From IMG/VR virus record IMGVR_UViG_3300034685_000230, positions 25,472 through 89,471 of that record: a DNA stretch of 64,000 nt; one strand, written 5' to 3'. The stretch comes from a virus. The position numbers and the translations under genes are program-made. This document shows, one piece after another, positions 48,091-57,822 of this stretch (the stretch's first letter is position 1; every line of letters starts with the position of its first letter). The notes under the pieces are model-generated. The model was not told the DNA's origin. It ran no database searches and was given only the letters and a program-made list of their open reading frames with translations.

Positions 48091-50006
48091 TGGAAATTTT
48101 TGATAATTTTAAAGAATATTTTCGTAGTGATACAAAGAGTATGGGGTCTGTCTTACTCCAAAAAATGGACTTCTTTAATCTATACGGCTTACCTGAGTAC
48201 AAGCCGTCGCAGGACAACAGTGAGGACAACTACTTGGGATTTATACCCATTGTTATAAGAAGCGCCTCTTTCTACGGTGAGGAAGTAGGGGAAAAAACGT
48301 CCATTGACTCCGACGAGGAAGAAAATAAGAGTATCAACATAAAGCTACCGTGGCTACCCTCCGAGATAGCCGACAGCGTTTCAGTTTCCTACTCGAGAAG
48401 GGGGAATACCGGGGTTCAGTGGCCTGAAGTTTTGTCAAAAACGGCGGCGATGCTGAGTGTAGACTTAGCCAACATCGCTCTCGCTGAGTATAACTCGCAA
48501 AACTTGAGTAAAACCCTTGACTTAGAGTTTATCCTACCGATAAACAGAACACTCCTAACCGCCGGCGGTACTCACTACATGCCGAAAAGGTCGGAGGCCG
48601 AGCTTACAGGTGATACACTCCCCTACAGGGAGGAAAACATTGAAGTTAAGGATTTTATGAAAAACGTTAGAATTTACCTTGGCGCGCTTCAGGGACTAGT
48701 GTACCCCAGATCCTTTGGTTTCCGGTACCCACCGCTGCTGGCGGTGAAGTTAGGTGGTTTGTACAGGGGTTTTAAGGGGTTTCTGAGAGAGGTAAGCATC
48801 CGCACGAGCGAGGAAATGCTGGACTTAGGAAACGAGATGTTTCCGATGATCATCCGCGGTAGCTTACGGTTTATAAACGTTTTCATGTACTCCTGGAGTG
48901 ACACACCCTATAAAAAACTGCAGGCGTTTGTACTGTCTAACAACCCGCAGATTCTGTTCGGTATGGACTACAAGGACGAGGAACTGGTAACAAGCGTGTA
49001 TGCCGGAGAAAACCGACCGGTGAGTTTTCCAGAAATTATTAGTAGTGCAGGCACTCGACCGGTAGACGCCGGTGACCAAACTCTAACACTTATTCAAAGG
49101 ACAAGCGACAGGTACGAGAACTTTAACTACACTAGCGCTGACTACACTAACCTAGACAGAGCGTACCAAAACATGAAAAACTTTGACTACAGCCGAGACT
49201 TTAACACGCTAAACTTTAACCCAGAGGCCGTGCAGCAGATCAACACTGACTTTAGTAGCGTAATGAGTAGCGTAAGCAACGATCAGTTTAACTTTCTAGA
49301 CATAGGCAGTGATAACGAGTCCTTGCTACTGTCGGAAAAAATTCAAAACGCTATAGGTTCAGTGCAGGATGTGTCAGACTACGCTAGTTTACTAACTAAC
49401 ATTAGGGAGAGGGACCTGTTTAGTTCGCTGTCAGCCTTGTCTAGGATAGTTAGGTCTTCAAACTCCGCTTTAGCAGAGCCGGTGCAGAGTGTCATTGACT
49501 TGTACTGGCCAGCGGTTAACATACTGTCTACGATAGACTCCGGCATAAGTTTAAGTAACGTTACTGACTTTTACAGTAACATCTTAGCGCTAGTCAGTGT
49601 TTTAGAGAACTCTACGCTAGTAACTAAGAAAGATTTAGACGAGGCAACATATACTAACAGCCTGTATGTAGAAAAGAGTTCAAACACGCTGAGTGATATA
49701 AACAAAAGTTTAAACAGTAGTGTTACCTACTACGGGGATCTAGCACCCGTAACAACACTGTACTTTTCCAACCTACTGTTGTTAGAAACGGAGATATTAA
49801 AAAGCATGAATAACCTAAAGAATGTCAACCAACTAATGTATGAGAGGTCGCACGACCTTAAGAGTAGGGGTACCCTGTCTGAGGGGGAAGTTGCTAAGTA
49901 CAAGCGAGTCTACGACCAAGCGAAAAAGATAGACACCGCGGTGGCGAGTAACATTAACGAGTTGCTGCGTGTAAACTTAAGCTTGTTTGAAGAGGTACTA
50001 AGCTAA
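48090..50006 (+). CDS. tail tube initiator / baseplate protein
   Basis: Position; LVYP...PPLLAVKLG motif typical of contractile-system tube-like proteins. Confidence 0.55.
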   Translation: MEIFDNFKEYFRSDTKSMGSVLLQKMDFFNLYGLPEYKPSQDNSEDNYLGFIPIVIRSASFYGEEVGEKTSIDSDEEENKSINIKLPWLPSEIADSVSVSYSRRGNTGVQWPEVLSKTAAMLSVDLANIALAEYNSQNLSKTLDLEFILPINRTLLTAGGTHYMPKRSEAELTGDTLPYREENIEVKDFMKNVRIYLGALQGLVYPRSFGFRYPPLLAVKLGGLYRGFKGFLREVSIRTSEEMLDLGNEMFPMIIRGSLRFINVFMYSWSDTPYKKLQAFVLSNNPQILFGMDYKDEELVTSVYAGENRPVSFPEIISSAGTRPVDAGDQTLTLIQRTSDRYENFNYTSADYTNLDRAYQNMKNFDYSRDFNTLNFNPEAVQQINTDFSSVMSSVSNDQFNFLDIGSDNESLLLSEKIQNAIGSVQDVSDYASLLTNIRERDLFSSLSALSRIVRSSNSALAEPVQSVIDLYWPAVNILSTIDSGISLSNVTDFYSNILALVSVLENSTLVTKKDLDEATYTNSLYVEKSSNTLSDINKSLNSSVTYYGDLAPVTTLYFSNLLLLETEILKSMNNLKNVNQLMYERSHDLKSRGTLSEGEVAKYKRVYDQAKKIDTAVASNINELLRVNLSLFEEVLS

Positions 50007-50392
50007 TGGCGGACTACAGCCAGAGGTTGGAGATTTTAAACCTAAACTACGGGAGAAAGATTTACCCATCCGCCACCGACAGCAGGCACCACATGGCCGT
50101 GAATTCAGAGTTGTACAAGTTTGAGGGTATCGGTGTGCTGCCTTTGTTTTTAAGAAACTTTGCCGGCAGTGTTCCCGAGTACGTGAGCGGAGAGTACGCG
50201 CATAGGGTAAGGGAGGGTGAGGTTAACCGCTTAGACTTGATTTCTTGGAAGTACTACAGGACTCCTGAGCTTTTCTGGGTAATAATGGCGGTTAACGATA
50301 TCGTAAATCCATTTGACGTTGCGGAAGGTACTATCTTAAGAATTATACCTAAGTCTTACGTTGAATACTACTTAATCCGGTACTACAAGTAG
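50006..50392 (+). CDS. LysM-like baseplate wedge protein (gp53-like)
   Basis: RLDLISWKYYRTPELFWVIMAVNDI...GTILRI. Confidence 0.8.
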   Translation: MADYSQRLEILNLNYGRKIYPSATDSRHHMAVNSELYKFEGIGVLPLFLRNFAGSVPEYVSGEYAHRVREGEVNRLDLISWKYYRTPELFWVIMAVNDIVNPFDVAEGTILRIIPKSYVEYYLIRYYK

Positions 50393-50408
50393 GAAGTGGT
50401 GTCTAGCG

Positions 50409-51863
50409 GTGTTTAACACAGTAGAGTATTTTGACTACTTTATAACTAAGGCCAACCTGTCGTGGTACAGTCACAACCCGACTGTGGTTAAGAGCTTCTC
50501 CTACCACTTGTCTCAGTATACCCCGTCTGTATACGCTGAAATCCTACTGATGATTAACGAAGACTATTTTGAAGACTTTAAAAACATTGAGAATTTTCCG
50601 ATTAAGGACAGGACCGTTGAGGTTTGGTTTGAGGACGAGCTGTACAGCCTAAGGCACAACGGTAAGTTTTTCTCCGGACCGTTTAAGTTCTGCGTAGTTA
50701 ACTACGAGGTTACAAAGTTTAGCGTAACGGAGATGGACATTGAGTACAGCGATATTAACGCCGGCAAGCTGATCAGTCTAAAGTGTGTCGACCCTATCTT
50801 TTACACAATGCAGCTGAGTGAGAAGTTTGAGTCGTACGGTAAGACCACCGTGTCTAACATTGTGAGTAAGATAGTAGTAAGAAACGGTGGGAGAGTAAGC
50901 AAGATAGTACCGACCGACTACAGCTACAACTGGCTACAGGCACAGCTAACTGATTACGAGATGATTAGGTCGATGCTACCCTACGCTAGGTCGACTAGCG
51001 GGGAGCTACTCTACAACTTCTTTATGTTCAACGGTGAGGCGTACTTTGCCCCGATTACGCAGAGCTTAAAAACCCCGTACGTTGTAAACTTAGACATGAT
51101 TAAAAACTCTAAGGAATTGGTCAACATCACTAACTTTAAGAGTTTGATAGAGAAGTACGGTAGTAGGGACAGCTTGGTGCACCTTGACCGGGGCTACAGT
51201 AGCTTTAAGGGCTTCAAGCCGGACTCAATGTCTAAACAGAGTTACATTGGGTTGAGAAAACCCGAAGACGAAAAGTTCGGTGGTCTCGGTGGACTCGGTG
51301 GTTTGGGTAGTTTAGTAGGAGGCTTTAGCGGTGCGAGTCTAATCAGTGAGAGTCTGATCAGCAACAACCCACTGCTTAACCCCGTTCCGAGCTACACTGA
51401 CATTGTACAAGACTACAGCAACGTTAAGGACTTTAAGTTGGAAGTGCCGAGTTTAACCCCTGAGCAGGAGGGGATTCTAAATCCGGCGCTAAGAGTTTCC
51501 GACAAAAGACAGCACAGGGGGTTAGCCTCCCAGTACATCACCGGTAGTATTGACGAAGAGGAGTTACAGGAGATTTACATCTCTAACCTAAGGCACAGGG
51601 TGCATACCTTTGGAAAACTAGTAGACACCTTTATAGAGGTTATACCTGAGTTGACTCCGCTAAGCTGCATCGAGATCGTAAGCTTGGAGGGTGATAAGCT
51701 TAAGGATCTAAACGGCTTGTACTACATAGCTTCCGTAACCTACAACTACGGGATGACTAACACGCACCCATACCAACCGTACATGCGTGTAGTACTGTGC
51801 TCCGAGCTTGACTCAAAGGGTATGGAGAACCCAGAGGGAGAGGCAATGTTCTATGTCTTCTAG
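50409..51863 (+). CDS. baseplate hub protein (gp27-like)
   Basis: Position before the spike gene; Q..TDYE, NGLYYIASV. Confidence 0.6.
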   Translation: MFNTVEYFDYFITKANLSWYSHNPTVVKSFSYHLSQYTPSVYAEILLMINEDYFEDFKNIENFPIKDRTVEVWFEDELYSLRHNGKFFSGPFKFCVVNYEVTKFSVTEMDIEYSDINAGKLISLKCVDPIFYTMQLSEKFESYGKTTVSNIVSKIVVRNGGRVSKIVPTDYSYNWLQAQLTDYEMIRSMLPYARSTSGELLYNFFMFNGEAYFAPITQSLKTPYVVNLDMIKNSKELVNITNFKSLIEKYGSRDSLVHLDRGYSSFKGFKPDSMSKQSYIGLRKPEDEKFGGLGGLGGLGSLVGGFSGASLISESLISNNPLLNPVPSYTDIVQDYSNVKDFKLEVPSLTPEQEGILNPALRVSDKRQHRGLASQYITGSIDEEELQEIYISNLRHRVHTFGKLVDTFIEVIPELTPLSCIEIVSLEGDKLKDLNGLYYIASVTYNYGMTNTHPYQPYMRVVLCSELDSKGMENPEGEAMFYVF

Positions 51864-53016
51864 ACTTACAGGTGTGTATATAGGCTTAGTGGTAGACAAC
51901 GATGATCCGAAAAAACTCGGTAGGTTAAAAGTGTCCGTACCGAGTGTGTACGGAAACATTAAGACGGAAGACCTACCGTGGTCAGAACCGTGCTTTCCGT
52001 ACGGTCACACCGACAAGGGGATATTTTTTATCCCCGAGTTGAACTCCCTCGTGTCAGTCATGTTCGTAAACGGAAGTCCCTACAAACCGCTGTGGCTAGG
52101 CTCAATCTTTAGGGAGAATGAAAACGTTGTACCCTCGGAGGCTAAGGACGTTTACCCGAGTAGAAAGATAATAAAGACAAACACCGGGTACCTGATGTTT
52201 GACGACGACTCGCAGTACATTGAGCTTAAGCACCGGTGTGGGTCCAGGATAAGCCTCTCGAGCGACGGTGACGTTACAATTCACGCGGCGCACGACGTTG
52301 TTATCTTGGCAGACCACCAGATCATGATGGACTTGACAAGCAAGGAGCGGGTAGTACCCTTAAAGTACATCAAGCTGCAGGCGGAGCTAGACTTTATGTC
52401 GGCGAGTGAAAGGGCTAGCTACGCGGCGGAGTTGGAAGAGTACAACGTAAGGGTCAACACTAACTGCGGCGACCAGTCCAACGTCGTGTACCAGCGGAGT
52501 TCAACGGGTGGGCCGAGTTTAGGAAACAAGTGCAAGTCTCAGAGCGTTTCCCCGATCAGGCAGTGGGGTGCGACCCAGCGTCAAGCTAGTAGTAGCATGA
52601 AGCAGTACTACAAGCAGAGTATTACGACTCTAAAGAAACATAGAAAGGGTAGTATAGACTACAGGTTTAGCGCTGAGTTCGCTTCTAGAATAGAGGCGGC
52701 TTTGGACGAAATGCAGCAGATTGAGCCGGCTTTGTACGATAAGTTTCAGTTTACCGACGGTTTTCGGGAGGAAAACAGGTACGGGGCGTCCGACTCTATG
52801 CACAAGTACGGCGCGGCCTTTGACTTTAACTACAGCTCTTACGACTGCAACGAGAGGGAGAAAGTGTACTACATATTCGCTAAACACGGTATAGCTTGCC
52901 CCTTAGACACGTGGAACGGTCAGGATGAGGGAATGCACATGGAGCCGGCGGCGTCGCGCTACAACGGAGTCTACAGAGCGATAGTAGTAGAGGAAAGTGA
53001 AACACTACCCGGCTAG
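51853..53016 (+). CDS. baseplate spike (gp5/VgrG OB-fold) with C-terminal M15-type peptidase
   Basis: VVDNDDPKKLGRLKV..P, PEL.S.V.V.F.NG.P; TDGFR...SMHKYGAAFD...HME. Confidence 0.85.
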   Translation: MSSRLTGVYIGLVVDNDDPKKLGRLKVSVPSVYGNIKTEDLPWSEPCFPYGHTDKGIFFIPELNSLVSVMFVNGSPYKPLWLGSIFRENENVVPSEAKDVYPSRKIIKTNTGYLMFDDDSQYIELKHRCGSRISLSSDGDVTIHAAHDVVILADHQIMMDLTSKERVVPLKYIKLQAELDFMSASERASYAAELEEYNVRVNTNCGDQSNVVYQRSSTGGPSLGNKCKSQSVSPIRQWGATQRQASSSMKQYYKQSITTLKKHRKGSIDYRFSAEFASRIEAALDEMQQIEPALYDKFQFTDGFREENRYGASDSMHKYGAAFDFNYSSYDCNEREKVYYIFAKHGIACPLDTWNGQDEGMHMEPAASRYNGVYRAIVVEESETLPG

Positions 53017-53081
53017 CGGTGACTTACTCGCTGCGACGGTGCTTTTTAGTAAATAAAATTAATCCCAAGGTGATGAGCTAA

Positions 53082-53504
53082 GTGTCATACACGTACGAGT
53101 ACACGTACCCTAAGAACAGGGAGGCGGCCGGCTACAGCGGGCCGGTGCCTTTACTTATTGAGACTGAAACTTACGCTCCAGGTATAATGGAGGTAAACGA
53201 CCACCGTAACTTAATCCGCGCCTCCCTGCAGAGAATACTGGGGACCTCTAGAGGCGAGAGGGTCATGCAGCCGGAGTTTGGCCACAGCCTCAAGCGGATA
53301 CTGTTTGAGCCTTTAGACGAGATTATAATTGAAGATCTAAAGAGGGAAATATACAGCATTGTTAGCACTCAGGAACCTAGAATTGAGGTAAGAGACGTGT
53401 ACTTTGACTTAGACTACGACAACCACACTATCGCGATCGCGGTGTCTTTCTACTACAGGAGAAGTGGGGTTGAAGACTACTTTAACTTTTACATTAGGGG
53501 CTAA
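53082..53504 (+). CDS. baseplate wedge gp25-like
   Basis: ILGTSRGERVMQPEFG...EPR. Confidence 0.9.
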   Translation: MSYTYEYTYPKNREAAGYSGPVPLLIETETYAPGIMEVNDHRNLIRASLQRILGTSRGERVMQPEFGHSLKRILFEPLDEIIIEDLKREIYSIVSTQEPRIEVRDVYFDLDYDNHTIAIAVSFYYRRSGVEDYFNFYIRG

Positions 53505-53519
53505 GGGGTATGTATAGTA

Positions 53520-55868
53520 ATGAATAATTTGAACTTGATAGACATTGAAAGACTACCGGTTGACTTTGAGGAAATTGTAGAGCTACTTAAGAACAGGGTG
53601 CAGTCTAGACTACCCAACAGGTGGACAGACTTTTTAGCTAGTAACTTTGGTGTTGAGTTGTTGGAAGCTTTCGCTTACGAAGCAACGCTTATGAACTACT
53701 ACTTAAACATGAGTGTCAACGAGTGTTTCTTACCAACGGCTAAGACTAAGACGGGAGTCTACTCTCTAGCAAAAACGATAGGGTACAACCCTAGTCCCCC
53801 GAGTCAGTCGGTCGTAATGTTAAGGTTTTACCTGGACAGCCCTTACCCTAAGAATATAATCATTCCTAAGTACACTACCGCCGTGTCAAAGAGCGGAGTA
53901 CCGTTCTACACTACTGAGAACAAGGTGCTGTACAGCGGGGAGACTAGTGTCAACGTTAGGGCAAAGTCCGGAACTCTAGTAGAGGAGTCTCTAATCTCTA
54001 CGGGCGAGCCGCGGAGGAGGTACAGGCTAAGGCAGTTTCCTGTCAACTCCGTAGAAACGCTGACCGTTAACGATGAGTTATACACCCAAGTAGACTTTAT
54101 CGACACTCTAGGGCAAAACAGTTACTTCACGGTTGACTACGACGACGAGTTTAACGCGTACGTATCATTCGGTGACGGAAACTACGGTATAAACCCAGCT
54201 AAAAACTTGATTATTAACGTACTGTACACTGTGGGGGCGAACTTAGACCACAACGTTATGCCCTTTCAGATTACTACGATAAACAACTTTATCTTTGACG
54301 CTGATAACAACATTGTACCGAACATCAAAGTAGTAAACGACCAGGGTGCCGTCGGGGCTTCAGACAGCGAGTCTATAAGTGAGGTAAAGAGAAACGCGCC
54401 GAGTATATACAGGACTCAGGGTAGGTGTGTAACGCGACAGGACTTTGAAGACGTAACTCTCATGATCCCGGGAGTAGAGAAAGTTTCAGTCATCGACAAC
54501 TCTATGATGGAAGAGATAGGGATATTCGGCGTTAAGGTGTGTGTAATTCCAAAGAATCAGAAGTACCCAACCGAGGCGTTTAAGAGTTACGTTAGAGACT
54601 ACTTGGAGGATAAAAAAATTGTATCTACCCAAGTAGACGTTATAGATCCTACGTTTATACCCTACGACGTTAGCATAAGTGTGGGTATCAACCCAAGCGT
54701 GTCCTCGTCGGTTGTTTCAAACAAAATACGTGAGGTTGTCGGTGGTTACCTAAGCTACCGAAACCGTGATTTTGGGGAAGAGGTTTCAAGGCAGGAGCTG
54801 TACAGGTTGATTTCAGGCATTTCGGAAATTAACACTATTCACAACTTAGCGGTCAGTGAGAACCGCTCGATATACGTAACGGAGGTACCCTCTCCAGATA
54901 GAGTAAGGTTTGTTGACGATATAAACATGCTAAAACCCGGCGCCGTGGTTAACATACTGAGCTTAGACAAAGAGCTGGTCCTAACTACAAAAATTACGAG
55001 TATCAACGAAGAGTTGAGCGAGGCTACTATCGAGGACGCAGTTACGGCAGACATGAACGTAGGGTACGGTAGCTTGATATACCCAGAGTTGGAAACGAGC
55101 GTAGCTCACGCGTACGGGGAGAAGGAGATCTCCTTCAAGGTAAGTTACCTAACGGGTGGGCAGCAGATTGACTACACGCTGATGAACTTTTCTAACACTA
55201 CCGTCTACTTCAGCGACCTACCGAACAGGTACTATAAGGTGTTGTTTAAGATTAGCAATAAGTTATACTTGAGCGAGCCCGTTGACCGGGATATCCCCGC
55301 TGGTACAAAGATAGTCATCGTTAGTAAGAAGTACGTTCCAACGCTTAAGGCGAGCGTTTCAAGGGGTTCAAACACGCTCCTCTTCACCGACTATCCGAGG
55401 TTTTCTAAGGGTACTGAGTTAGTTAAAAATGCTATGATCTCCTTTGTCTCCGACACCGTAGCGATGGTAAAGAGTGGATCGACTGTAGACTACATGGGGA
55501 CAGCCGTAGACTTAAACTATTTGGTTAGGGTAACTCAAGTTTACGTTGACAAGAGTAGAGTTTTTGAGGAGAATTTAGACTACAGGCTAGTAAACGACGG
55601 GAAGGTTATAGAGTGGACGTCAGTGGGAAGGTCAAAGATAACACCCAACACAAAGTTTTACGTTGACATTGTTAGGAAAGTCGTTAACGTTTCCGACACC
55701 GATCTTGTCTACTACGTTAAACACGTAGACAAGAAAAAAGCTATAATTACACCGACAACGGCTGTTAGCATGGATGAGCTAACAACGTTTGACTACACGA
55801 CTGAGACTTACATTCTACTACCCAACGAGATTGCTGACGTGGGTAACGTTAGCATTACCGTCGTGTAA
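53520..55868 (+). CDS. baseplate wedge gp6/J-like
   Basis: DFEEI, WTDF, LAKTIGY, FGDG, ES..E..RNAP, RCVT..DF. Confidence 0.88.
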   Translation: MNNLNLIDIERLPVDFEEIVELLKNRVQSRLPNRWTDFLASNFGVELLEAFAYEATLMNYYLNMSVNECFLPTAKTKTGVYSLAKTIGYNPSPPSQSVVMLRFYLDSPYPKNIIIPKYTTAVSKSGVPFYTTENKVLYSGETSVNVRAKSGTLVEESLISTGEPRRRYRLRQFPVNSVETLTVNDELYTQVDFIDTLGQNSYFTVDYDDEFNAYVSFGDGNYGINPAKNLIINVLYTVGANLDHNVMPFQITTINNFIFDADNNIVPNIKVVNDQGAVGASDSESISEVKRNAPSIYRTQGRCVTRQDFEDVTLMIPGVEKVSVIDNSMMEEIGIFGVKVCVIPKNQKYPTEAFKSYVRDYLEDKKIVSTQVDVIDPTFIPYDVSISVGINPSVSSSVVSNKIREVVGGYLSYRNRDFGEEVSRQELYRLISGISEINTIHNLAVSENRSIYVTEVPSPDRVRFVDDINMLKPGAVVNILSLDKELVLTTKITSINEELSEATIEDAVTADMNVGYGSLIYPELETSVAHAYGEKEISFKVSYLTGGQQIDYTLMNFSNTTVYFSDLPNRYYKVLFKISNKLYLSEPVDRDIPAGTKIVIVSKKYVPTLKASVSRGSNTLLFTDYPRFSKGTELVKNAMISFVSDTVAMVKSGSTVDYMGTAVDLNYLVRVTQVYVDKSRVFEENLDYRLVNDGKVIEWTSVGRSKITPNTKFYVDIVRKVVNVSDTDLVYYVKHVDKKKAIITPTTAVSMDELTTFDYTTETYILLPNEIADVGNVSITVV

Positions 55869-55877
55869 TAGGGAGCT

Positions 55878-57119
55878 GTGCCGATGGCGTTTCTATACTC
55901 CGTACTACCGGAGTACACTAAAAACAGTGACGTTTTAACAGACAGTAACGCTCGGGGTAGGGTAAAGTCTCTAGAAGAGTTTCTAAACACGGTCGACGAG
56001 GAAATATTCGACGTTGTAGCGGACTCGGTGAGAGAGATACTGTCGTTTGGGTCCGTCTACGAGATAAGTGACGAGTACCTACCGTACTTAGCCTACTTGC
56101 TAGGCTACAAGTGGAACTACAGCTTAGACTTAAGCATACAGAGAAACCTGCTGGCTAACATACTAAGGTTGTACAAGAGAAAGGGAACTAAGTTTTCGTT
56201 TAACTTTAGCTTGTACAACCTGGACCCGTCAATATCTTTGTACGAGCCGTATAAAGACATTTTTATACTGAATAAGTCTGGTTTTGACGAGTTTGACTAC
56301 GAGAGCTACCCTAGCTTTACTCTGAAAGCGCCGGTGCGTGCAGCTACCGTAGGGAGTATAGAACTAAGTGGGATACAGGTAGTAGACGGCGTAAGGGTTA
56401 AGAGCGGAGACAGAGTGTTAGTTAAAAACCAGAGTGACCCTACGGAAAACGGCGTGTACACCGCCGGGGAGAGTAGCTGGGTTAGGTCGGAAGACGCTGA
56501 CGCGGAGTCGGAGTTGCTGTACTCCCTGTACTACGTAGAAGAGGGGTTAGTCAACAAGAACAAGGGGTGGGTCTGCACAGGTGCGGATTTAACTAGCGGT
56601 GTAGTCTTTGAGAGGCTTAAGTTTAAGGGAGTGAAAAAATACCACCTGTCTAGTAGGAATTACTACTCTTGGGGGATCCTAGTATTAAGCCTGAGTAGCT
56701 TATACCCCGAAACCTACGACCTACTAGCAATGGTTAAGCCGGCGGGTTGGAAGGCAATAGTTGAGCTACAGCACAAGCTGTACTACAGCTGGCACTATAA
56801 AGTGGAGGGTACCGCGAGAAGCAGCTACATTAGTACTGTAAACTTGGCAGGTATAAGTCCCGAAATAGACAAAGATTACTACAGCAGCTTTGTAAATTCT
56901 ATTCACTACTACGATCTAAGAACGCTGTACAGTATAACGTTTGCGGGTAGCACGTTTAGTCTGGGTGGTAGCTACCACAGCAGCTTGCTTAACGGTACAA
57001 CGCTAAACGACATAGGGTTTTACAACCTGTACTACGAAACCGAGAGCAGCAGCTACACTTTGCTAAGGTACCCAGCGCAGTATTTGTACCACTCTAACAC
57101 CCAGCCTAGCTGGTGGTAG
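55878..57119 (+). CDS. baseplate/tail protein (gp7/P2 I-like)
   Basis: YLPYLAYLLG, YKRKGT, KPAG; inserted GDRVLVKNQ..ENGVY module. Confidence 0.75.
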   Translation: MPMAFLYSVLPEYTKNSDVLTDSNARGRVKSLEEFLNTVDEEIFDVVADSVREILSFGSVYEISDEYLPYLAYLLGYKWNYSLDLSIQRNLLANILRLYKRKGTKFSFNFSLYNLDPSISLYEPYKDIFILNKSGFDEFDYESYPSFTLKAPVRAATVGSIELSGIQVVDGVRVKSGDRVLVKNQSDPTENGVYTAGESSWVRSEDADAESELLYSLYYVEEGLVNKNKGWVCTGADLTSGVVFERLKFKGVKKYHLSSRNYYSWGILVLSLSSLYPETYDLLAMVKPAGWKAIVELQHKLYYSWHYKVEGTARSSYISTVNLAGISPEIDKDYYSSFVNSIHYYDLRTLYSITFAGSTFSLGGSYHSSLLNGTTLNDIGFYNLYYETESSSYTLLRYPAQYLYHSNTQPSWW

Positions 57120-57174
57120 AGTTATAAAAGTATTTTTTTGTATTTTTTAATTTGAAATTAATCATATAACAATC

Positions 57175-57807
57175 TTGGGGGAGTACTTAATGGTTGCAAA
57201 CATATCCCCCGCAGTATCTCCGTATATTGCGAGGACGAAAAAGGCTATCGAATTTTTCGAGGCGAACGAAGACAAGACTCAACAGACTGGGCTAATGGTG
57301 TGTATCGCCGGCGGACCGGGAGACGAGACAGACTGGCCTAGCGGACCCCCGCTACCGACGCTGGACACGACTCAGCTGACTTACGTGAAGGGTTTTAAGA
57401 GATACAACGAGATGTACTTTGTTGTACCGAGTACGTACGGAACCTTAAACATAGGCAACATTAGCTGGCTGAAGGTAGACTTGATAGACCCGCCGGACCC
57501 AAGCGTGTGGATGTCTAGGTACCTAAACGTGATAAACCAGCAGTCTCGGTGGCTGTTTGTCAGCGCGCTGCTGGGTGCGGGTGAGGCGGACACCGCGGCC
57601 TACAAGCAGGTAGGGTTGTACAGCAGCCTTAAAGTACTCGGTGACTACAACAAGGACTTCTTTACGCCGGCTGAGATTTCAAAAACGGGAACTGACGTTT
57701 CAAACTATAAGTACGACGGGATACTGGAGCTGTACCAGAATAAGGAAAACTTAGTGTCTAGGTCAAGCGACTTGATAGACTACTTCGCTTGGGTCTTAGA
57801 ATTCTAA
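57175..57807 (+). CDS. baseplate protein (gp8-like)
   Basis: Position; YKQVGL...WVLEF C-terminus. Confidence 0.55.
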   Translation: MGEYLMVANISPAVSPYIARTKKAIEFFEANEDKTQQTGLMVCIAGGPGDETDWPSGPPLPTLDTTQLTYVKGFKRYNEMYFVVPSTYGTLNIGNISWLKVDLIDPPDPSVWMSRYLNVINQQSRWLFVSALLGAGEADTAAYKQVGLYSSLKVLGDYNKDFFTPAEISKTGTDVSNYKYDGILELYQNKENLVSRSSDLIDYFAWVLEF

Positions 57808-57822
57808 AGGGTGGTTGTGTGA

